Below, piece by piece: positions 39,801 through 52,400 of a stretch of DNA of 64,000 nt; the first letter of the stretch is position 1; every line of letters starts with the position of its first letter. Under the pieces are notes generated by a model that ran no database searches, was not told the DNA's origin, and saw only the letters and a program-made list of their open reading frames with translations. The stretch is from Tubiluchus corallicola (Eukaryota; Animalia; Priapulida). The stretch spans positions 62,001 to 126,000 of the forward strand of contig JAQGDQ010000075.1 in NCBI GenBank assembly GCA_030141605.1, written 5' to 3'. The translations under genes were made by a program, and so were the position numbers.

Positions 39801-42800
39801 AAAGGAAGACAGATTATAAAAAAGTTGTCGATTATGGGGTATTCAAGTGTGACAGATTTCCAGATAACAGGGAAATGTAGGTACTATCTTGGAGGCGAAT
39901 CTTTTGTCGCTTTTTCATTTTCAGGGAAAACTTCGTCCTTTATTTGAGTACCTGCAAACTATTAGGCTGTGAAAACGAATTTGTTCAATGAATTTACTCT
40001 CATCATGATCATTACTTGAATCTGTCACTTTTTACTGCTATCGTGAAATATAAGCGGTCTATGACGCTGCCAGGTGTGATTCTGCTCTCTCAAATCTATT
40101 GAAAGGTATGACGCTCAGGTAGGATGGGAATTTTCCTCGCAAATGCTATCCACTTCATTTATAAAGCAATAGAATAGCGCCTGTTAAGTGAGACAAAGTA
40201 AGACAAATTACTCCCAAGTGGTTGGATCATAGCGTTCCACCGGAAAAAGGGATCATAATGGGGCAGGAGTGGGAAAGCATATCCAAAGGTTCGTAAATTT
40301 ATGGGCCTGTAGTGTAACTATGAGAGATCAGTGTGAAACGAATTTGTTGCGTGCTTAATAATTGTTCACATGCAGAACTGTTTGCGTTTAATTAAATTTA
40401 CGGTATTTCACAGGATATGGGTCTAAGCAGCTAAACGCAATCTTAAATGTTTGTAAATTGACAATATGCGAATTTACTTAGGTGAAAGCAACTAAATTTT
40501 CGTTTATTGTCATTATAATTATGTAAGCTGACCCCATAGTCTTTGTACTTTTATTAATGATTGTTCATCACTTTATAATTAGAGGTCTACATTGTCCGTT
40601 TGTGTTCCTACAATACTCTCCCACTAACAAGAAAGATATCCTCATAGTTTTGAATATCTGGTAGATTGTATAGGGCTAATAATAATTAAAGATAACCATT
40701 CAAATCTTGTCCGAATGTCTTGTTTGCTATAATAGAATGGCGTGTGAGACGTCATTAGGGTTAAAATCTGACCAGTGCTTTCAAAATTGGAGTGACTTCC
40801 GTTACTCAAGATAAAAATTAACTACGTTTAAAAGTTGAACAAGCCTAGGGCAGAAAGTAATTTTCCTAATTCTGCCAGTGAAAACGTAAATATGAAAATA
40901 CTGGGACTAGATAATATGGACTGCTGCGCCATTACTTCTTTCCATGCATATGTAAGTATATGTCTTCTTCCCAGCTTTTCCCTATGCGGGGTCGCCGATG
41001 CATATGTAAGTATATGTAAATAGTGTTAATGTTGTTGTCTGTTTAACTTAATTAACTGCTAACTAACTCAAAGTGTACAAATTTAGTACGAATAAAAATA
41101 TTATGTATATATTTGAGATATTGCAGAGATTCAAAATTGCACATTTTTCATAAAATTTCTGTTTGCTGCGTGAAAGTCATCTGTGACTGCACGCTTAAAT
41201 TATTCAATTCTCAAATTTGTTTGATTTCCTTGCGAGGAGGTGCCACGTGTTTTCACGCCTCTCAAACGCTCTTTTGGGCCTCTAGCCGAACAGTTAAGTC
41301 TAACTACATTTATGATGGCACAGCATTAACTAATTATCCAGGCATCATTAGCCTTTTAGTGTTTCCTGCTCGCAAGGACCTGTCACTCAACTGCGTCGCC
41401 AAAGGCGTTATGGCCATCCAGCAACATATTGGCAGCTAACAACCTGATATTATGGGCTGGTATTCTGATGCTGAGGACAGGTAGAATGATTGAGAACGGC
41501 CAGGTAAACACAGGTGCTGTTGTCTCTTGTCTCAGAGCACCAACCCACCTGGATTTGCATCAGGTGAAAAACCTCGTTAGAAAAAGAGGAAATTTAAAAC
41601 CCCCAGAATTATCAGGTACATATTGTTCAAGAGTTGTTGAGTGCCTGGATGTCATTTACATGCGAATATAAAGGGCCGAGATTAATTAGATTATGCAGTA
41701 TTGTGCAGGAGCGAGGTCAATAACATTATAGGGGACACCACTGGACCTCGTGGAACGCCAGATTCTAGTACTGCTTATAATGTTGCTGCGAATGTCGTCT
41801 TGCGATTGATTTTAGAAAATAAAATGATTAATGAATGACGGATTTTATGAGTTTTTTGCAAATGCAAATAATATCGACGTATTGCATTAGGGGATTAAAA
41901 TTATATCGTCTATAGGCTAATTATTCAAGTTTTTTAACCAATTTCTGTCGTATTATTGTTGTTCTGTATCTTCTTGCCCTCAGTCTGCACAAATATAAAC
42001 TGCACACGTAATTGTCATTTTTTGCAGAGGTTTGTTAATGTCATTTATGCGATTTCTGCCGTAAACTATCTGTGGTGTAGTAGGCTTGCTACTGCGTCAC
42101 AGATCACAGATTATTCAGCATTACAAATGTGTATTGCTAAAACTTTACTAACCCATCACGATTATTATTGTTGCACTAAGTGCTTTCTGGGAGGCACCAT
42201 GTCTGGCCACATATTTCAACGACATAGGCTTGCTGCCTTGTAAGGGAGGCTTGCACTGTTTCTTTATAGCAATAGTGACAATAAGGATGACTTGGTGACA
42301 ACATGGTATGATTAATATAAGCTGCAACAATGTCTTTTGATTTTGCAGCAGCCACACTTTAGCGACCGAAAACGAGAATGAATGCTTACAAAGTCTAATC
42401 ATGATCAAATTTATTTAGTTAGGCACTTATGTGGGTTAGAATTATTTAAAAACAGCGGCCATCATTCTGGCGCTTATGTTTTGTAATTAACACATGCAAT
42501 ATGTTGAATTCTGCATTAAGTAGAAGATGATGTGTGATCAACCGCTCCTTTTACCTTGCCTGTGTGAATACGCCATCAATACGGTTTTACCTTACTCATT
42601 ATATACACAATTTAATCAAATGTAACAGAACATTACGATAACTGCTGGTTAGCCGGGTTCCGTAAGCCGATTTGCTTGACGGATTACACCTCGTCACGCC
42701 TTTTTCCTTCTGATTCGCTAAGGCCTACTAGCGGACGCACATGATAGGCTAGCAGCAGAATGATTGCATGGGATGCACGGTCAGCTTGTAAATAACTCGA

Positions 42801-45800
42801 CTTTTGCCAAACTTTATTTTGTGTCTTCTTTTGATGCAGTGGAGAGGATATTTTTCAAATTCTGGAGACTAGAGTAACTGTTGTTGTTGTTTAGCAGACA
42901 GTAAATTTACAATGTACGCCTGTTTAGATCTTACTTTTCCTGATTGAATAAATTAAGATGCCAGTGTGGAATAAACAGGTACGTTTATAAACTTTCAAAG
43001 CGTAGTGCAGTTTCAATAAGAAATGATTCTGTTTTACACAATGTTAATAGTTTAGTGAAAAATTCGCTTGGTACTCAATTATCATTAACAGTTATTTGAT
43101 GTTAGTAGCTGTTTTTGTAACTTAGAAGGGCCAATGTTTTTACTTAATTCACAAGTGCAGCATGTAAACACCTTCTTGAAAATTAACTATTGACTTCACA
43201 TAATTTTCATTAAGATAAGGTTACACGTACACTTATGTGAAATCCTTTCCTAGGAATGACTGGTTCGTAGCATTTATTTATGTAGAAGATTTATGTAGCC
43301 GTTAATTAGTTATTCTATCATAATTGTAAATTTAATGACGTCTGTGTATTATCGCCACCATGTCATCTTGTTGCCGCTGTTTTCGTGTCCTTTATGAACA
43401 TTTGTGGTTATGTAATGCTATTTATTATGATGAACGGAAATTTTTATATTTTCAATTTTAGCGTACCCATCTTTCATTGCTTTTGGCTATTATGACGGTA
43501 CATTTCACAGACAATAACATGTTCAAAGTTACACAAATGATGTTTTTCTATTTGCAAATTGGAATAAAAACTTCTGATATCTCGCAGAGTCTCCCTGCTT
43601 AAAAAATGAAGTTAACAGTTAAAGTTACAGCCTTTCGTGGCTGTGCTTAGCGCATATTAGTGGCTTTGCTTTCCTGACAATGAAATGGTTTACTTTCAAC
43701 TGCTGTTAGACCAATTATTTGATATTCTTTGACACTTTTCACTATATGCGCAGTCATTAAAGCTTGGCCATTTTAATTTGAATTGTACTATAAATCATTT
43801 GATCTTTATCTGTGAAATAGCAGTGTTCAAATATTGTTCTTCCATAAAAAAAGAACTAGAGGACACAAAAAGTAAACAGAACTGGTGAAGTGTTTCCATG
43901 GCTGCGCTTTGCAGGCAGTAAAATATCTCACAGTTTTCTTTTTGCCTTTAAAAGTCCCCATTTAAGCAAGAATGACCTACCAAGAGAATTTCTCAAACTC
44001 GCAAATAGCAATTGGCAAACTAACAATGTTTTGGCTTAGTCTATAACAAAGTTTTCACAATGTTGTAGTTTTACAGTTTTTATCATCTGTTTATTTTATA
44101 TTGGCCTTCAAGTTAGATCTATATATAATCAGTGTAGTGTATAATTTTCTGACTTGCATAGCTTCCGCTTATTTCGACCAGATTTAGTGTCTACACTAGA
44201 TTTTGTGTATGCACTTAATTTGTTTAGAAATAATAATGGTTGGGCAACTATTGTGGAGAGGGCTTTGCCCTTATAGTAAAGCAGTTAAATTCGTCAGCAT
44301 CTTCAGAATTTCCATGACAACCAATTCACTCTGATGAACGACCAGCACACTCATTTGCACATATAAGGTGGATAAAGTCATCAAGTCACACCTGGGCAGG
44401 TTTCAATGAGCCTGTTTGTTGAATAGGAACTTCGTCGCACGGAAATCTGGCGACATTTCGGCCTCACTATAGTATTGGCTATGGGAGTTTGCAAATGTTT
44501 TCCCAGTAAAGTAAGTTTGCCTCTCCACCTGATTATGATTGGCGTGTAGGAATGAACCGCAAAAGTATTTAGATTATCATTGTTGTACGTGCAGGGATTT
44601 CCTTACAAATTTGGGTGAAGAAAACTAAAATTTTAAGTGTTAGCAAAATAGGAAGAGACGGGAAGGTGTAACATGTATCCCGTCCACTGTTGGTACTCTC
44701 GTTGTTGCCCCGAAGGGCGTTTCACTTGCTTGCAGCTTCTCTTCTCTGTACAAGAGTGACGTTGACAAAAATAGTTAACTTTACATTATATTAGAAATAG
44801 TAGCGTTCCTGTTGAAAAACTTGTGGAATTAACGCATGTCAATATGTAATGCGTTGTGAAGGCTCTACTCCTGGACGCTACCTTTTTTATCTCTAATTCT
44901 ACAGATAATTGGTCGACTTAGATAAAGTTAATAATAACTAGGTAGAGTTAGCTTTTAGATAAACTCGATTAAGCATTCCAGAGCAAAAGTGAATATTGCT
45001 GAGTTGAGACAAATGGCAATCTGCGTTGCACCACCTTGTGTATTTCAACTTTTTTAACCTCACTTATTTTGTCAAACATCTGCTTTACTTTTTGAAAGGA
45101 ACCCCTGTCTTTGTCTACCATTTTGACAATAAAATAGCATCTGACAATATTTATAGCACATATATGTATTGTAAAATTATTAATAATTATAGTTTTTGAT
45201 GCAGTTTAATAAAACTTAGGTTGTAAATCTGTCTCAAATAATAATCTCGAGCCTCATTCTGTGCGGTCAACTTTTAAATATTGTCTGTACAAACTTGATG
45301 GTGAAGGAATTCATTTCCACTGCTGACAAACTGACATTTAAGATGAAATTTTATACGTCACGATAAAGAATTTTTTCCAAATTCGCGGATACCGCATTTT
45401 GCGAACTTTACGAAAAAGTATTTACGTAAAATTATATGACCAGACAATGGCCCAACTGTGTGCTGTAATCAGGCACTAAATTTCAGAATTGGGACTGAAT
45501 TACAAAGGACTTGGCGTGCGGCTGTGTTCAACAAAAAGGCGTCTCGTTTTTTGGTAAAATGGAGGTTATGCGTAAATGTTAGGGGCATCTTAACATTGAA
45601 AGTTGACTCTTGTTCTTCTAAGGCTGACATATTCATTCAACATTCTGTTATCTGACTAAACTGAATTGTTTTTTTGTAGTCTTATACAGCGTTTATAATT
45701 ATGCATATCATGTTCCAATACAAGTCGCTGGAAAAGCAAAAAACAATGCTGATATACAGATCCCTGATTGGATAAAAAACTTGGCCGTCCTGCGCACGCC

Positions 45801-46385
45801 GTACAAAATAGAACTCATTTCTATTTAGGGCGGCCGTTGTCGTCACGGCCACGTCCATAAATTCCGTGTATCATCTTTCATTTGAAATTAATGTAGTTTA
45901 ATTTGGGCTGTAATTTTAACACGGCCGACGTCGGCTGGTTTGTATATTTCGGCGGTCGTATGTTTTTTTTATATTACGGTGTTACCAGAGGTGTGTTTTT
46001 ACGGTTTAGCTGCAAACGGTTTCGCAATTAAACAATGCGTTCAGGCGCATTTAAGTTTAATGATGAAACAGTACCCGCTTGGACTCCGCATTACGTTATG
46101 AAGTTTTCTAAACTTTAACGGCAAAGAAAATTTTCACAGAGCTATTTGTAATACGGAGAGAAGTTAGAAAAAGTAAACCAGCAAGCGCCGTTTACAAACT
46201 CAACCATCTTAGAGTTAGAGGGATTTCCTTGATAGTGAGCCAGGCCCGGTCACGTCATAAAGTTTTCGTTGTGCAGTCCCAGCGTTTGGGTGCTGGATTC
46301 CGGCTTGCAAATTTGCCGATTCGTATGTAGTCAAAAGCATATCTGCATAGCAATAATAATAATAATAATAATAATAATAATCATG

Positions 46386-46466
<81 letters not shown>

Positions 46467-49400
46467 GTATTGAAGAATGAGTTCATATTCATCGATAACT
46501 TACCCAACTTCACCAGGCTTCATTGTTATTCGAATTTTAGAGAGAACATTAGATGATTACAGGGTAGAAATAGCAAATGCCACACTTATTTCTGATGATG
46601 TAATTATAACCGGTCACTCACCCACACCAATGTCATCAACATGGTCATCAAAGTGTTTTTATTGCCTCTAAATTGCAATGACGACATTTTTACTTTTTCA
46701 TTCTGTGTAATACATTAATCATTTACACATGACATAAAAGCGGAATGTGTTATTAAATAAATCAAAATTTAAGTGAATGGACGACAGATTTTCTTAGTAT
46801 GTAATAGAGAGCAATAGAGTCGTAGGTTGGTCAAGGTACCGAGTCTTTATCGGCGCTCTTAGTAGTTAAGCATCTTTGATTCGTGTCTAATTTGAGGTAT
46901 GCCTGCACCGTCCGCATTGCGCAGTCTCGATTAGTTTGGCAAGTTCAAGTTAAATTGACCAATTGTCGACAATTTCGAACATATGTAAAAATGACCTAAA
47001 TGCTTAATTGCGATCGATTTATATATATGGGTTAGTTATGAATAGCTGCGACAGTTTTGAAAAAATAACAGTACTTCATAAACTCTGTAATGAATCGCAC
47101 GTTGCTTAGATTCATACTTTGTATGGCCTTGCCTCATAATTTCTGCAGCTAACTTACATCCAGTAACACGCCAGAGCTAAGCTTCAGCGTTAAAGCCAGA
47201 CGACAGCTGAGTGGTCAAGGTGTTTGCTTGCGGGCGAAGTTATGCAACGTCAAACCTGATTAGTAATAGCGTAAGTTAACGTCGAGAAAACTGTTTTCAG
47301 GCGGTTTCATCTACAGGCTGCCACGCTGCCATGTATTTCTCTCGTTGAAAAAGGATAGGGCCCAGATACGAAAGTGGCTAAAATTTCTCTGTCGGTTTCA
47401 TGTCTTTATTTTAGAGGCCATTCTTGGAAAATAATCGGTCACCCAATGCCTGTGTTTATTAAGAGACTTTGTCATTGAGTGCTTGCAGTACACAAACTTT
47501 GTGAAAAAAGGTACCATCGTCTGTAATGAGTGTGTTATTTTCAGGTATATTATAAGGCTATCAAAGATATTGAAGCTGGCGAAGAGATGCTACTTTATGA
47601 AAGGGATGCCGTGTATCCGGAAAGTGAATTAGAAAACATGCCACTGGAAGAAGGTAGGCCTTCGAATATTCATTTATTAGGTCAGCACTACACAGTTCTC
47701 TTTTTGATGTTAACTTAATGTGTTTCATGTGGTAGCACTAACATGGAGACTTACTATTTTTTATCTGTTATGATGACATTGTTATTGTACAGTTACACAA
47801 AGGCATTAGCTTAAATAAAAAAATAAAAAATTCAAATTTAAAAGAATTATAGTAATGTGCAGCCAATAATATGCCTAATTGACATTTTCTTTTTTTATTT
47901 TACGACAATGATAAAAATGCGCATATTTGCACGTTTCCTTCCCCTTGGCAAGGAGATAATGTATGGCGCGGAAAAATGGGTCCTGAGTCAGGATTTGAAC
48001 TTGCCGTTTTCAATTTATGGATAAGAAAAACATACTTTTATTCAAAGTGAATTACGATGAAAAAGTATGTTATAATGACTTATTGTTATATACAATGACA
48101 TATGACTTACTAAGCTATTGGTATGTGGCATATCTCATAACATGCTGATATAATAAGGGAGAATTCGTCAGTAAAATTTAAATAACCGTTTTAATAAACT
48201 GAAAACTTAAAAGTGCCTATAAGTAATCGACTAGTTAATTAATAACTAAATTATATGTAAATAGTTTGTTACATTTCTACTAAATTATATTTAAATAGTT
48301 TGTTACATTTCTATGTGACAGTTTAATGGTTGTCTTTCTGCGCTGCATTATGCCATTTAAACTGAATGGAAGTTTGCAGTTAACTTGAATAGCTTAACTG
48401 AATTTTTTATATTTGCTCAAATGCTTTATGGTGATTTTGACCACCATGAGGCTTTTAATCAGGACATTTACTACTACCACTACTACTACTACTACTACTT
48501 AATCAGAAATACAGCTGTACAATGCCTGCAGTTTCCACACATAATTACTTGTTGGTGTCAAACAGTATTCCAGTAGAAGGCGTGAAATATTTAGACATGA
48601 TTACTGAACGAACATTTACACGTGTTAATTATACACTTATTCGTTATTGATTATTTTCTAATTTTTGAAATCTGGTAATTTTTTTGTCATCGACCCAGTT
48701 GCATGTCACGTTCAACCAACATCCTAATCATACATCACTGTCCAAAATTCGGTTCGCACAAGGTGTTTTTATTATTTATGTCACCTCAGCCTCCTTTCAT
48801 CATATCGTCCGGACGACAGCTATCGTCCGGAATCCGGAAATGTTGCGTTACGTCTGCGCAAGTGGCTCCACTGCCCTGGACAGCAAGGTCGTTAAAACCC
48901 AGAGCATGGAACTTTAATAATTATTGCTGCACAATATAACGTAATTACCCATCTCCTGCCATGCGCTATAACTGCACATCATGGGCAATAAACTGGTGTA
49001 GTTCAAATCTAAAGGCTGGTTAACACACGTGCGCCGTGACAGGTCGTAAAAACTGACGTATAATTACATGTCGCAAATATTTATTTACGAACTAAAACAC
49101 GTTTTAAGTTGTTTTTTAATTCGTATGGCCTAAAACACCTCTCTCTATATTATAGTTGCAATCAATTTACGTCTGTTATACCTATGATTTCACTGAATTA
49201 ACAATGTCATCAACGAGGTCGTCCTCTGGTTATAATTGCTGCGTAATTAGAGAGCACTGTGTCGTAAAAATTGTCCCAAACGTGACTGGCTACGTTCACA
49301 AGTATTAAGTGAATATCTGAATTAAAAAAGTAATATTACTAATGAGAACATGTTGTGTCACTTACATACTAGGCTTATGATAGCACTATCACTATTTTGG

Positions 49401-52400
49401 AAATTAGTTTTCGGTTTTTCCTTTCTATATAAGCTCCGTGCGTCTACTTTTACATATGAAAGCCCAATTTTCTCTTACTTTAAGATATATTTTATTATCT
49501 CCAACGCGTATCAAAATTGTTATACGAGGAATGGTGACAATATCTCATAATATACTGATAAAAAAGGAAGTTTTTTAGTAACAAAATTTAAATAACTGCT
49601 TTAATGAAATAAACTGTTAAAATTATCTATCATCCAATCGCGGGCCATGATACAAATTTATACAAATTATTTTGTTTCAATATTTTACGTCACTTTTGAC
49701 GTGACATTGTACATATAATAAACGTAACGTTATTGAACGTTAATAAACAGTCATTTTAGAAATATTATTACTGTACAGGCTTCAATGATTCTTGTATTAA
49801 GATTATTAATTCTTTTACGGATTTTTACACGTTACAAACAATAATATTTATTTAAGCGTAGCACTTCGACGCATTGAAGACACTGTATATATATCATAGC
49901 AACACTAAAATAATGATTATTAAGGTGAAATCATCATATAAGTTCAAGCCACCTTTCTTACTATACAAAAAAGATGTATTTTCACCTTCGTGAGACCTCT
50001 TTTAAACAGTGGTTTATAGTCGTGAAGAAGTAGTCATGAGACCTCCTTTTTATAGTAACCACACAAATAACGTATAGGGTTTTAAAACTCCCTCATTATT
50101 CTTAAACACTTATTAAAAATTATTAACGATTGCAACAGGAATCAGAATGACAATTTAGTGGGTGAGTCTGATGATTTTACTGACATCAAACTTGTCTTGA
50201 TAACTCTACTCCAGAAATTTTAATTTAAACGTGTACGCTCTTTTCTATATATAGCCATGATGCGCTTTTACACTTTTCCTTTAGTCAGGATTGTAGTAGG
50301 AAGAAACGATGGAAAACTTCAAACATATAGCACAAAAAATTCTCACAATTTACCACGCGACGATTGGCTACAAAGAAAATTGAAAATCAAATTAATGAGT
50401 ACTTATGACTATATTGTCAGTATAAACGTTACTAGCTTTAATGCAGTCAATGGCTTCAGTGAAGCCAATTCTTAAGGATTTTAACAAGTATTTTCTTGCA
50501 GGTACCAAACAGTATGATTGTAAATGTGGAGAGACATTCCGTTCCAAGGTAGCTCTTCGACGACATGAGACGTATGCATGCGGTAATCAGAACGCCATTT
50601 ATACCAAATTAAATGAAGAGTTTAAGCAAAGTCAGGCGTCTGATGCGGATGGCTTGACCAGTGTCCACTGTTCGGACTGCGATATAGAATTTCTTAGCGA
50701 ATCAAGGCAAGTAGATTAACTTTTAATATCTCTCATGGTTGACGCCAGGCGGGAAAAAGTCAAAATATATAACATACATTATTTACCTTCATTCCATTCC
50801 ATTCTTGTGTTTTTCCCCTTCTTTCGCCCTCTCTTTATCTCTCTCTCTCTCTCGCTCTCGCTTTTTTTCTCTCTTGCATTATTCAATTTTTCTCTTCCTT
50901 GTTTATCTGTCACTGTTTCATTCCATTGATTAATGTTCTCTTTATCATTCTCATACTATTCAGACATTCGTTTACTTTAATCCTTAATTTTACAGATACA
51001 AAGAGCACATGCAGGAGCACACCAAGGACAGAGATTATGCTTGTGAAGAATGTCCTCGAGTGTTTAATTGGAAATCAAATCTTCTGAGACACCAGGCATC
51101 ACATGCAACGGAGCGTCGATTCGCATGCGAAAATTGTGACAAGGCATGTTCATCCTCACATCCTTGCAGCCCGGTATAACTAAGTATAGTATGCTTAAAA
51201 GCAGGGCTTTCAGACTTTTCAGTCACATCAATTAATGCCATTTGATGATAGTTTATGAAATATTCAACAAAACTGAAAGTCTTGTTTTGCTGTTGTGTAG
51301 CTAGCCAGGTAATGTTGCATGTTGCTTAAATCTTGCATCATATTTTTTACACTGTATAATTATCATTTTAAGTTATGTAAATGGCAAAATAGTGATTTGA
51401 TTTGTTTCTCAAATCTTGTAGTTCTGAATATCCTGACAAATAGGTGGTTTATCATTTCTTTATTATTTTCAGGTTTTTACAGATGCAAGTAACTTACAGA
51501 GACACATACGCACGCAGCATCATGGTGCCCGGTCACATGCCTGCACTGAATGTGGAAAAGCATTTGCAACATCCAGTGGACTCAAGCAGCACACACACAT
51601 TCACAGCAGTGTCAAACCATTCCAGTGTGAAGTTTGTCTAAAAGCCTACACTCAGTTCTCAAACCTCTGCAGACACAAGCGGATGCATGCAGATTGTCGC
51701 ACACGAATTAAGTGTAAAGACTGTGGGCAGTCTTTTTCAACAGTAACATCACTGAGTAAGCACAAAAGATTCTGTGAGGGTGCTCTACGCAATGGTCTCG
51801 CTCCATATTATCCCAATGTACCAGTTACTGAAAAACCGCCCATTAGTGTTCCAAGTCCAGTTACTCCTGGACAACCTTTCCCTAGTATATATGGCCTCCG
51901 TCCAAGTGGAATGCCACTTTACCCAATGGCATATCCTTTTATGCCTCATCCCATGATGCAGTTTCCGCATCTGCCACCACCTCCTCGATTTATTCCACAA
52001 ATATCGCCATCTCTAAGCAATGCCAGAAATCAGCTAGAAAAAGTGGAGAGTGTTAAAAACAGAGCAGAAAAGCATGGCAGTGAAGGATCAGAAGGCAGTG
52101 AGCTGTCAGAACTGAGTTCACCTTGTGGCAGCAGTTTGGACACTAGCACTGGCTCTGATGCTGACAGTGAGCGTGAACATGATGGCAAAGAGAAACATAG
52201 CGAAGAAGTTAAGTCATCACCATTATTGACAAAGGCATTGCTTCAAAATGGGCCACGTCCTGAATATACTCCTACTAAGGTATCACCAAGACCAACAGGA
52301 TATAACCAAGAGTCATCTGCTAACAAATCATATGCTGTTGTACAAAAGAGCAAACTCACTGAATCGCCACTGGATCTCAGTGTGAGGAAAGAGGTTTGGC

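Noticed and set aside
46269-46556. Poly-Ile ORFs on both strands
   Set aside because: (AAT)n microsatellite.
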